Shown: one piece after another, positions 39,615-48,434 of the stretch | Position numbering within the stretch: the first letter of the stretch is position 1 | How the letters are laid out: each line of letters opens with the position of its first letter | Virus record (IMG/VR): IMGVR_UViG_3300042691_025267 | Location: 1-64,000 of that record | Direction: 5' to 3' (one strand) | From: a virus | DNA: 64,000 nucleotides | Position numbers and translations under genes: made by a program | Notes under the pieces: model-generated | Told to the model about the DNA's origin: nothing | The model's database searches: none | Seen by the model: the letters and a program-made list of their open reading frames with translations, nothing else

Positions 39615-40352
39615 GTTGGTGCCGAGCGGCAACCTCGTCTCTTCTGAAGTACCACACACACAGTCTAATGTAATCTTAAAATTAATATCTGGGATAATGT
39701 TTCTGTATGTTTCCCGAAGATACCGTGCATCTCGTACTAACATATTGTCCACAAAACTCCAGATCGTAGACTTTGATGTATCTCCATTCACCGACAAAAT
39801 CATATGCTTTAATCGTGTAGTTGCGTCTGCTTCCACATCTGAGTTGATTTTTTTCAGTGACTTAACTTCTTTTTCTATTGCTAATTCATCACCACGAGTC
39901 AGTAACTTAAGAACAATTTCGGCCTTTGATAACGGAAGTACAATTTTAAAATCTGGCTTAGTTCCCACTTGTGGTTCATTTTGGGTACTAAGTTCTGCCA
40001 AGTTTACCGTTTGATCTACCTGCTTTCCACAGGACGGACATTCCAGCGATACTTCATAGTCTTTACCATATCCTAAAATACGTGAGGCAACCATGACAGC
40101 ATTTAAATCACCCACCAATAAATCGGTAGTCTTTACTCCTTTTGTGGCAATGATAGCGTCCATAAATCTATCTAACACAATTCCCTTTTGAATCAAGTTC
40201 GGTGATGTTAAGATATCTTCGTGCTTTGCTGTCATGTAATGTAATTCAATTTGACCACTACGTAACGGACTTCCCTCTGGATAAAATAGTCCCTTAGATG
40301 GGAGATCAATGGTTTCCGTGGGAAATGTTGTTGTAACTGATTGTTGTTCCAT
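39588..40352 (-). CDS. T4 gp26-like baseplate hub assembly / tail assembly chaperone
   Basis: IDLPSKG, MTAKHEDIL, GDLNA....RI..YG, CPSCG, C.CG, terminal NFFWP. Confidence 0.8.
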   Translation of the reverse strand: MEQQSVTTTFPTETIDLPSKGLFYPEGSPLRSGQIELHYMTAKHEDILTSPNLIQKGIVLDRFMDAIIATKGVKTTDLLVGDLNAVMVASRILGYGKDYEVSLECPSCGKQVDQTVNLAELSTQNEPQVGTKPDFKIVLPLSKAEIVLKLLTRGDELAIEKEVKSLKKINSDVEADATTRLKHMILSVNGDTSKSTIWSFVDNMLVRDARYLRETYRNIIPDINFKITLDCVCGTSEETRLPLGTNFFWPDSRV

Positions 40353-40379
40353 AAAACCCTCTTGTTAAAGTTATACCCT

Positions 40380-40389
40380 AATAAATATC
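40380..40389 (-). promoter_or_regulatory. putative late promoter motif GATATTTATT
   Basis: At the head of the tail/baseplate operon, 27 nt upstream of the start. Confidence 0.55.
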
Positions 40390-42271
40390 ATTCGTCTACA
40401 GTTTCTATATCAAAACGTTCGTTATAATCTGTACTTAATCGTCTGACAAACTCTTTAAAATAGGACTTTTGCTTCTCTGGCGTGACCAATGCTCCATCCA
40501 CAATAATGTCCGCAACTTCCTGTTTCTCTTTCAGAATATCCCGCATATATTCGTCCATTGTATTATCGCACACCATATAATAGACTTGGACTTGGGCAGT
40601 TTGACCTATACGATGGGTACGATCTTCTGCTTGTTCATGGTTTGCTGGCACGTAGTCCATATTAAGAAAGACCACGGTATCAATTTTATGTTGGAGTCCG
40701 TCAATACCCATACCTGCTGCTAGGAGACTGAACAGTCCGACTTTTGCTTTCCCCGATACCAACTTATCAATCGTTTCTTGACGTTCGTTACGGTTCATCT
40801 CACCCGTCAATATTGCCGCTTGATCCCCATAATGTTCTAATAATAATTTAAGTGGGGCAATATAGTTACTGAAGATCAGAATCGGTTTGTCGTTATCCAA
40901 GAATTCATCCACCATTTCCAGTAACCGTGGGAGTTTCTTTTCAATCAAGAATCCCTGCAACTTCGGCATATGCTTAACAGACGGTTTCCCATCCGATTTC
41001 CATTTTCCGAAGAGTTCTTTTAGTAATTGATTATATTCTTTCCGTTCGTCTTTGGTGAGTTCCACATAGAGATCGTTTCGTTGCTTAGCGGGTAACTCGG
41101 TGAGCACTTGATCTTTCTTTCTGCGAATTACGAGGTCTTTCGTACGATCATGAAGGTCTTGCAAGTTCATGGGTGCCGCACCTTTCCATCCCCCATATCG
41201 TTGTGTAAAATGAAAGAAGTTATTGAACCTGTCTTTGTCCAAGAAGTTCAACAAACTAAATGCTTCTATGGGACGAGACATGACCGGCGTTCCCGTCAAA
41301 AAAATGGTATACTTGGTTTTCACGCCGGGATACTTTCGTCGTTCTTTCCACGATCCCAAGATAGACTTTGCCCGAATAGTTTGACGGTTCTTCAAATACG
41401 TTGCTTCATCACATACTAATAAATCAAATCCTTGGTCACGTAACCAGTGATTGTTCTTGGCTACTGCATCGTAATGCGTGATGTGAAATTGGTGTTTGAG
41501 ATGACCATCATATGTTTTACTATCCCAAATGGTACTGTCCTTTCCCGTAAACTTTTTAATTTCACGTTGCCAGTTCACCACCACAGACAATGGACAGACA
41601 ATAATGGTTTTGAGATTATGTAATTGTGCGTACGCAATAGCTTGTACCGTTTTACCCAATCCCGGTGCATCGGCAATGAGGCATCGACCACCTGCTCTAT
41701 CCACAAATTGTACGCCGACTTTCTGATAGGGGTATAGATTTAGTTTTAAGCCGGGTACAGTGAAGTCCGTATCCTCTAATTGACGAATTTCATCAAGGTC
41801 TTCCCGACGTTCTTGTAATTTTGTTAATAACTTTTCCGCAGATGATGACAGTGTACTTTGCGGGAAAAGTTTCTTCACTTTCGGTAGATGGACTGCGGGA
41901 AACTCCCATCGCTTCTCATCCCCATTCCATTTCCGCCCGTCAATTTCATATTTGAACTGTTCCACTAACAGCTTATTATATGGCATGACAAGATAGGCCG
42001 TTTTGGAATCCTTTAAGTGAATTTCAATCGGACCTACCTTTTCTTCTTTTTGTTCTTGCGGTTTTTCTGAGAGTTTTGTTCGTGGGAGGGATAGATCACT
42101 CACATCATCCCCGACTAAGGCACGTTTTGCTGCTTCTACCCACACCTCGGGCAATCCAGGAGTCGTACTAATCCATTGGAGATATTGTGGTGCGGTACGT
42201 CTAACATTCCCTAACGTAGTTCCCTTATATTTTCCCCACGTAAAAATGACTTCATCCAGTGACGGGTGCAT
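40388..42271 (-). CDS. SNF2-family (SMARCAL1/HARP-like) helicase
   Basis: LYPYQ, IADAPGLGKT, CDEAT, LTGTP, IRRKK, QAEDRTHRIGQ; N-terminal WGKYKG..QYLQW domain. Confidence 0.92.
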   Translation of the reverse strand: MHPSLDEVIFTWGKYKGTTLGNVRRTAPQYLQWISTTPGLPEVWVEAAKRALVGDDVSDLSLPRTKLSEKPQEQKEEKVGPIEIHLKDSKTAYLVMPYNKLLVEQFKYEIDGRKWNGDEKRWEFPAVHLPKVKKLFPQSTLSSSAEKLLTKLQERREDLDEIRQLEDTDFTVPGLKLNLYPYQKVGVQFVDRAGGRCLIADAPGLGKTVQAIAYAQLHNLKTIIVCPLSVVVNWQREIKKFTGKDSTIWDSKTYDGHLKHQFHITHYDAVAKNNHWLRDQGFDLLVCDEATYLKNRQTIRAKSILGSWKERRKYPGVKTKYTIFLTGTPVMSRPIEAFSLLNFLDKDRFNNFFHFTQRYGGWKGAAPMNLQDLHDRTKDLVIRRKKDQVLTELPAKQRNDLYVELTKDERKEYNQLLKELFGKWKSDGKPSVKHMPKLQGFLIEKKLPRLLEMVDEFLDNDKPILIFSNYIAPLKLLLEHYGDQAAILTGEMNRNERQETIDKLVSGKAKVGLFSLLAAGMGIDGLQHKIDTVVFLNMDYVPANHEQAEDRTHRIGQTAQVQVYYMVCDNTMDEYMRDILKEKQEVADIIVDGALVTPEKQKSYFKEFVRRLSTDYNERFDIETVDE

Positions 42272-42491
42272 TCTCTTCTGGAGTTTCTTCTATACGGACG
42301 TAGACCATATTTTCCATGTCTAACCGCCATCCGTTCTTGGGGTCAATTTGTAATATTTGCATCATTTGTATATTTGCTTCTTGAATTTCGGTCATCAATT
42401 GTGTCTGATAACTCTTTAATAGTGCATTATTTGACTTGATTAGATTTTGTAACGCAAGTGGAACATCTACCGTAACTTGTTTAGTGCTCAT
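42252..42491 (-). CDS. hypothetical protein
   Basis: 79 aa; GGAGG RBS. Confidence 0.65.
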   Translation of the reverse strand: MSTKQVTVDVPLALQNLIKSNNALLKSYQTQLMTEIQEANIQMMQILQIDPKNGWRLDMENMVYVRIEETPEENAPVTG

Positions 42492-43140
42492 GTATACCTC
42501 CTAAAAACATCTGTTTAATTTCTATTGCATTTTTTTCTGGGAACTGTTGTACCAATTTAGCCAGTTGTCCCGATACTCGTGCTGCTGCCAACGAAGTACC
42601 AGACGCTATCTGTGTTTCTCCGTCTAGTGTTGTAACTTCTACGTCAATCCCCAAGGCAATCACATCAACTTCTGGTCCAAAATTACTTCCCCGACCTTCT
42701 TCCCATGACATGACTTGATTATACATATCACATGCACCAACGCCAATTACTTCATTCATATTCACGGGAGAAAATTCAGAGGCTGGTCGCATTTCGTTTC
42801 CTGCTGCTGCAACTACAATAAACTTTGTAGGATCCAACTCTCGTATCTTATCGTCAATAATATGATGGCGTGGAACTGCCCATGCGCAGGTGACGATATT
42901 GACAGGTTCCGTTGCATCGTGTTGTATTGCGGTAAATGCTTCCATCATCTGTCCAAATGTACCCACTGAACCCAATCCAATTTTTACATTCTTTAGTAGA
43001 ACGTTGGGGTTAGTTCGTCTAATGACACTTGCTACTCCTGTGCCATGTCCATCTAGATCGTCAAACGTTCCATCATAGGTGTATACGTTTATCCCGTTTG
43101 GTATTCCACTGTCTACTACGTAAATTGTTACACTTCCCAT
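42481..43140 (-). CDS. subtilisin-like S8 peptidase, minimal catalytic domain
   Basis: Triad motifs VVDSGI, HGTGVAS, SGTSLAA; oxyanion AAAGN. Confidence 0.88.
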   Translation of the reverse strand: MGSVTIYVVDSGIPNGINVYTYDGTFDDLDGHGTGVASVIRRTNPNVLLKNVKIGLGSVGTFGQMMEAFTAIQHDATEPVNIVTCAWAVPRHHIIDDKIRELDPTKFIVVAAAGNEMRPASEFSPVNMNEVIGVGACDMYNQVMSWEEGRGSNFGPEVDVIALGIDVEVTTLDGETQIASGTSLAAARVSGQLAKLVQQFPEKNAIEIKQMFLGGIHEH

Positions 43141-43364
43141 TTACCTTTTGGACATGCACTTGGTCCTTTTGGACTATATACTTTTTTTGACAATGGACAT
43201 CCACATGCACCACAGATATGCGTCCGTATTAACATTTTAAACTCTTTGAACTCACACGCATCGCAAACTTCTGCTCTACGTTCAGCAGTTTCTTTTTGTT
43301 CAATAGTTGGATTACTGGCACGATGCCATGCAGTGATAATTTCTCGTATATCAGGAATATTCAT
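43128..43364 (-). CDS. Cys-rich small protein (DUF6171-like)
   Basis: ERRAEVCDAC...CGACGCPLSKK....ACPKGKW. Confidence 0.7.
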   Translation of the reverse strand: MNIPDIREIITAWHRASNPTIEQKETAERRAEVCDACEFKEFKMLIRTHICGACGCPLSKKVYSPKGPSACPKGKWEV

Positions 43365-44080
43365 ATTGGAAATTCATAATTAAAATATACAAAATCGTCG
43401 TGAAACAAATATTTCACCAAGTTCTTAAATTTTTCTGAGTTAATATCTATATTAATTTTTATTTTTTCCTTGGGTGTGATATTTTCTTGTTTAATTACAG
43501 ATGTGTCATATCCCAACGTGACTTCTATCCAATCATTAAATTCGTTTATATTTTCATATCTAAATATTTTAACCTTTGGTTTGTACGCCCATTCTACTTG
43601 AGTTGTAAAAAATGAGGACACAAACCCCGGTCCGTCTGCATCAAAAATTAACTGTAAATTATTTATATATTTTGGTACACAATTTTTATAAAACGAGTCA
43701 TAACAAAAATCGTAAAAAAACTTTTCCGATTGAAATATGTCTATAAAGTTAAATCCCTTCGTCCTTGGATCAGTTTCTTCAATTTTAATTCTTTGTTTTG
43801 AATCGACATCAAACTGATATGTGGTTTTATATACGTTTCCTTGTAAATACGAATCACGTTTAAACTTCATGAAATATAGTGCTGAAATAAATCTTTTATA
43901 CGGATTTCTTATTACGGTAAACGCCGGAATATCTATGTGTTCTTTAGTATATGGATCGTGTGTATGTAAAAAGTTTTCACCGATCTCTGGGAAAAATAAC
44001 TTCGTATATGCAATGGTTCCTGTTTTTGGTATTTTTATATAAAAAAACTTATTATTATTAATTCTTGAAGTAACTATCAT
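43361..44080 (-). CDS. sulfotransferase family 2 protein
   Basis: 5'-PSB IKIPKTGT, 3'-PB FTVIRNPYKRFISA, FRYENI, terminal DDF..FNY. Confidence 0.8.
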   Translation of the reverse strand: MIVTSRINNNKFFYIKIPKTGTIAYTKLFFPEIGENFLHTHDPYTKEHIDIPAFTVIRNPYKRFISALYFMKFKRDSYLQGNVYKTTYQFDVDSKQRIKIEETDPRTKGFNFIDIFQSEKFFYDFCYDSFYKNCVPKYINNLQLIFDADGPGFVSSFFTTQVEWAYKPKVKIFRYENINEFNDWIEVTLGYDTSVIKQENITPKEKIKINIDINSEKFKNLVKYLFHDDFVYFNYEFPI

Positions 44081-44081
44081 A

Positions 44082-45608
44082 TTAAGCTTGTGTAAAACAT
44101 TCACCATTAGAACATCCGCAACTGTACCCTTTGGGGGGGATAGCACCACAGGTCTGAAAGCAAAACCCTTCGCATGCAGCAGGTATTACCACTATTGTAC
44201 CATTTTCTTCTTTATATTGATACACTTCTTCCGTTGTAGATTCTTCTGGATCATTTATATATGTACCTATCAACAACGGGTATACTTCTAACTGTGTATC
44301 ATTTTGATCTACTACTTTGATAAATATTCTCGTATTTTTAACATAATTAACATCCGTTGGACTAAACCTAATAGTATTAGTAGTTGTGTCAATCGTAACC
44401 CACTCAGGATAATATCTACGTATGTTACCGAAAACAACATCATCTATGTCTATTCCATAGGCATATTGATCATTTAATTCTAATATTAATTCATACTCTG
44501 TACCAATCTGTACATTTATTTTTTCTTTCGGGATATTTTTTATAAACTTATCAAATGATGAGATGTATAGTATACTATTTGGTGTTGTGCCATAGATACT
44601 TTCATTTCTAAACAAAATATCAGTAATTCCACTATTAATTACTATGAATTGTATGTGGTATGCAGTAAGATTATTCGTTGAATTTAAATCTTTTATATAT
44701 TGTGCAACTACCCCCGACGTTAATGCAGCAGCAAGTGAAGTACCAGAAGATTCTTTTATAGTACCGTCTATGTTTAGAACATTAACTCCAATTCCTGGCG
44801 CAAAAATATCTACATCGGGCCCCCAGTTTGAACCAGCTCCACCCCCCCAACTAATAACTCTATCATATGGATCGGATGCACCTACACCTATCACCGTATC
44901 TAACCCCACGGGCGATAGATTATTTGCGTCTGACATGGTGTTACCTGCTGCGGCCACTACTACAAAATTACTATCTTGCAATTCTTTAATTTTTGTATCA
45001 AGAATTTTACTTCGTGGAATAGTCCATGAGCAATTTACTACAGCAACTTCGGTTATATCGGTTCGGTCTTGCAAAATTGCGTCAAATGCAAGTAACAAAT
45101 CACTTATGTTAATCACTGCTGCCATTTCAATTCTTACGTTTTTTAATTCTACGTTAGTTGCTACACCAAGTGTGCTACCAACTATTAGACTTGCCATAGC
45201 AGTACCGTGACCCAACTCGTCAGAAAAATCACCATTGAAACTATAACAGTTAACAATATTTGCGTCAACTAATTCTGGTAACGTTGCGTTTATTCCACTA
45301 TCAATCAAATAAACTTTTACTCCATCCCCATGATTTAATGGAAAATACTTTTCTTTCATTGGAAGTGCATTAGAAATAATTCTTAATTGGTGCCACTCCG
45401 AATTAGATGGATGTACTTCCGTACTCAAGTCTTCTTCTATATCTAATACACCAGATATGTTCGTAAATACGTCTTCTGATTCGCACGATACATTGACTAC
45501 CTGCATGGAAGTAAATATACGATTTACTACTATACCTTGATTGGTCATACTGCTAAGTAAATTTTCTATATTAATATCTTTTTCAAAAACTACATTATAG
45601 TTTTTCAT
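44082..45608 (-). CDS. S8 subtilase with prodomain, Ig-like domain and six-Cys C-terminal peptide
   Basis: LIDSGI, HGTAMAS, AAAGN, SGTSLAA; PEWVTID..T.TI Ig-like stretch; tail CEGFCFQTCGAIPPKGYSCGCSNGEC. Confidence 0.88.
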   Translation of the reverse strand: MKNYNVVFEKDINIENLLSSMTNQGIVVNRIFTSMQVVNVSCESEDVFTNISGVLDIEEDLSTEVHPSNSEWHQLRIISNALPMKEKYFPLNHGDGVKVYLIDSGINATLPELVDANIVNCYSFNGDFSDELGHGTAMASLIVGSTLGVATNVELKNVRIEMAAVINISDLLLAFDAILQDRTDITEVAVVNCSWTIPRSKILDTKIKELQDSNFVVVAAAGNTMSDANNLSPVGLDTVIGVGASDPYDRVISWGGGAGSNWGPDVDIFAPGIGVNVLNIDGTIKESSGTSLAAALTSGVVAQYIKDLNSTNNLTAYHIQFIVINSGITDILFRNESIYGTTPNSILYISSFDKFIKNIPKEKINVQIGTEYELILELNDQYAYGIDIDDVVFGNIRRYYPEWVTIDTTTNTIRFSPTDVNYVKNTRIFIKVVDQNDTQLEVYPLLIGTYINDPEESTTEEVYQYKEENGTIVVIPAACEGFCFQTCGAIPPKGYSCGCSNGECFTQA

Positions 45609-45637
45609 AATAATCCTCAATCAAAGTACTTGAATTT

Positions 45638-46225
45638 TCATATAAGTACGTCATTTATATTTAATAAATTTGCAGCCCACTGACGTTCCATGCAGAAGTA
45701 ACACCCACCACACTTCTCCACACCATCTTTATTTTTTATACCACATGACCTAGTTAATTTCAACAAATCCAACACATTCTCTGTAACATACAATTGCATT
45801 ATTTCTTTTTTATCCATATCAATAAACGGTCTGATATGTTTATCATTGTAAGGAGGGCCCCTAAACGGTGGTGTATCGTTTTTTATGTATATAGTGGGGG
45901 TAAATTCATCCGTTAGTACTTTATTACATCCACTATATACATACCCGCCTTCCGTCAATAATATGTTTTCCACCAACTCCCGTATATTGTAGTTTTTATA
46001 TAATTTTTTATTACTAAAGTTAATTCCTTTCATAGTAAACCATTCCTGTACTCTCTTTACATTATTCACCGCATCTGCGGTTGGCATCGTATACGAGAGA
46101 ATCGGGATGGTCCTATTTTCTTCATAGAGTTGCTTTTGTAATAAAAATAATAAAATAGAACTATCCATTCCGCCAGAAAATAATACGTTAATTTTTTCGC
46201 AGTCGGATGGTATTTTTATTGTCAT
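45638..46225 (-). CDS. QueC-like PP-loop ATPase
   Basis: FSGGMDSS, RPF..MDK, TRSC..CGGCYFCMER. Confidence 0.8.
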   Translation of the reverse strand: MTIKIPSDCEKINVLFSGGMDSSILLFLLQKQLYEENRTIPILSYTMPTADAVNNVKRVQEWFTMKGINFSNKKLYKNYNIRELVENILLTEGGYVYSGCNKVLTDEFTPTIYIKNDTPPFRGPPYNDKHIRPFIDMDKKEIMQLYVTENVLDLLKLTRSCGIKNKDGVEKCGGCYFCMERQWAANLLNINDVLI

Positions 46226-46238
46226 ATATAAGTATCAA

Positions 46239-47012
46239 TTATATTCCCATTTGCTTACGAATGTCGGTTGCGCTGATCGCTTCTGTGGACGCGTCCAGAT
46301 TGATTTTCTCCACCTTATAGCCCACATCTCTACCGTAATACACGCCGGTAATGTTTGGTAGGAATATCACTTCAAATTTTCCTTGATATTTGTCATTTAA
46401 TTTTTTATAAATGAAATCAGATACTTCTTCATAATCAAACGGATTCTTTTCATCAATGTTGTGGGTATTGCGGACCCCAATAAGTACCTGTCCTTCTTTT
46501 TCCAGGATGGTTTCAAACAATTTCAAATGACCATCGTGGAATGGCTGGAATCGTCCAATCATCAATCCTGTGGGTGCTTGCCAATCAAATTCTGGAACCG
46601 GCTCCATCTTTTTAGTAAGGCGTGCGATAATCTCGTCAGTTTGTTCACCGACATCACCCCATGCAGTAATTTCCACATCTACTACTTCTGGTCGTTGGAA
46701 TACCTTATTGGTGTCCTCAAACCGACCTTCGTTGATTGTATTCATAAACACGATATAGTCGGGAGCAAACGCATCTCTGGTTTCTTCTAATGGACACACG
46801 AAATCGGCAACTACGTGGTCTGAACTGGCAATATCGGCAAGATGATACATTCTATCCGCCTGTCGGAGCCGTCCTTCTTCACTGAAGTCCCAATCATTAA
46901 ACATCTTACGAACTTCGTCTGCATTAAAATATGCGGCTTTCAACTTCTCTGCCAACACTTTGGAAAGGGTCGTTTTTCCAGACCCCGGTAATCCCATAAC
47001 TAAAATTTTCAT
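46239..47012 (-). CDS. adenylylsulfate kinase-like domain fused to HxGH nucleotidyltransferase
   Basis: MGLPGSGKTT, NADEVR, DFSEEGR, ADFVCP; then IGRFQPFHDGH and ISATDIR. Confidence 0.82.
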   Translation of the reverse strand: MKILVMGLPGSGKTTLSKVLAEKLKAAYFNADEVRKMFNDWDFSEEGRLRQADRMYHLADIASSDHVVADFVCPLEETRDAFAPDYIVFMNTINEGRFEDTNKVFQRPEVVDVEITAWGDVGEQTDEIIARLTKKMEPVPEFDWQAPTGLMIGRFQPFHDGHLKLFETILEKEGQVLIGVRNTHNIDEKNPFDYEEVSDFIYKKLNDKYQGKFEVIFLPNITGVYYGRDVGYKVEKINLDASTEAISATDIRKQMGI

Positions 47013-47019
47013 ATAACCC

Positions 47020-47229
47020 TCATTCTTTAATTCCGTACGATACCCATTTGTACCATACTCGTTCGTGTAGAAAATATAACACCATTTTGGTCAGTACTTC
47101 CGCACCACCAATTGACAACCCAACTTTCCAATTACCCGATATGAGTCCTGCGAGTATTATGGTGTCTAGTGTACCAACAGCTCTCCAACTAATCGTCTTT
47201 GCTATATGTCGTTTTACATGTACTGTCAT
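47020..47229 (-). CDS. DUF2061 membrane protein
   Basis: RHIAKTISWR..GTLDT, E..TK..LYFLHERVW. Confidence 0.88.
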   Translation of the reverse strand: MTVHVKRHIAKTISWRAVGTLDTIILAGLISGNWKVGLSIGGAEVLTKMVLYFLHERVWYKWVSYGIKE

Positions 47230-47776
47230 AATATGAATAGTTAATTGCCCAAGTTCGTTCTATACAATTTAAACAACTTCCGCAATGTCCATATTTTTGT
47301 AAATAACAACTGTGCGTAAGTTCCAGTAGTTCCCAAATATTTTCGTTCCTATATAATTGGACTACTTCGTGCTTATACATATCTTTGAATGGTATCAAGA
47401 CTTGTGGATATTCAAAAAATTTTCTCTCTGGAAACTGAGGCATAAATTTATTACTTCCGATAACAAACTGATCCACCTCTCCAGTTCTTAGATACAATTT
47501 AATCCACCTAGTAAACGTTCTATTACTTGTTGAATCTTTATCGTTAATTTCTTCTGGTGGTATTATACTTGTGTTTAGTTTTGTGTTTATCCAACTTAAA
47601 ATATTACGAATTCTATCCATACAAATCGTTGATTGAATCATTGTATAACACCGTATGTTTACATTCAATTTAGCTAATAGGTATAATAGCAACGAACTCT
47701 CTAGGCCACCTGACAAATATAGTCCAATATTATTTGTTGTTGGGCTTATACTAATTAAATTGGACACAGATGTCAT
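47189..47776 (-). CDS. QueC-like PP-loop ATPase
   Basis: LSGGLESS, PF..MYK, THSC..HCGSCLNCIER. Confidence 0.78.
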   Translation of the reverse strand: MTSVSNLISISPTTNNIGLYLSGGLESSLLLYLLAKLNVNIRCYTMIQSTICMDRIRNILSWINTKLNTSIIPPEEINDKDSTSNRTFTRWIKLYLRTGEVDQFVIGSNKFMPQFPERKFFEYPQVLIPFKDMYKHEVVQLYRNENIWELLELTHSCYLQKYGHCGSCLNCIERTWAINYSYYDSTCKTTYSKDD

Positions 47777-48411
47777 AAGTATGTAATACTTGGTTCCAAT
47801 AATTCATAGTCGTCTTTATATAGATTCATACACATCTCTTGTATTTTTTGCATGTCTCTAAATTTAGCAGGAGTAATATTAAAGTTATCAATTGCAGAAG
47901 GTCTAGCTTTTACAGTGTCGCCAAATGTTAAATAAATCCATTTTGTATACTGGTCCATTGATACAATTTTATACTCTTTTATGTCTTGGACGGATTCGTT
48001 ATAAGCAACCTCTATATTAACGGGTGGGATGTTATAAAAATAATCCATCTGGGATCTAGTGTGCATATCCAGTCTATAGTTTTTTAAAATCAATTCCTTT
48101 GCATTTAAAAAATCAGATAGTAAATCATGTCCACGACTTTTAGGAATAAATAATGGTATGTGTTCAACTTTAACAGTTTTATATAAAAATGGTTCGTATA
48201 TAAATTGATTGTAAAACGACAATAATCTTATGCATGGATCTCTATATAGGAAAGTTTTGTGTTCTGCTTCTGTAATTACATTTTTAAATATGGGAACGTG
48301 AGTCACATCTGTCAAATTGTACTTAAATACATTATTTACTAGATGTGATGATCCATTTCTTGAAGGAGTTACGATGAGATGCCTTTTTTTTAAATCATAA
48401 AACACTCGCAC
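47773..48411 (-). CDS. sulfotransferase-like protein
   Basis: PSRNGSS, LYRDP..RLLSFY, HT.SQ, LYKDDY. Confidence 0.65.
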   Translation of the reverse strand: MRVFYDLKKRHLIVTPSRNGSSHLVNNVFKYNLTDVTHVPIFKNVITEAEHKTFLYRDPCIRLLSFYNQFIYEPFLYKTVKVEHIPLFIPKSRGHDLLSDFLNAKELILKNYRLDMHTRSQMDYFYNIPPVNIEVAYNESVQDIKEYKIVSMDQYTKWIYLTFGDTVKARPSAIDNFNITPAKFRDMQKIQEMCMNLYKDDYELLEPSITYL

Positions 48412-48434
48412 AAAAAATTCTCAACAAATTATAG

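Noticed and set aside
44133-44139. C7 tract where a 1-nt deletion would fuse the subtilase to the downstream sulfotransferase frame
   Set aside because: The roughly 23-codon open overlap can arise by chance, the tract simply encodes Ile-Pro-Pro, and the sulfotransferase has its own ATG right after the stop
45638-47776. 7-deazaguanine DNA modification pathway
   Set aside because: No folE, queD or dpdA in the window, and the radical SAM proteins lack QueE features; cannot be excluded elsewhere in the genome
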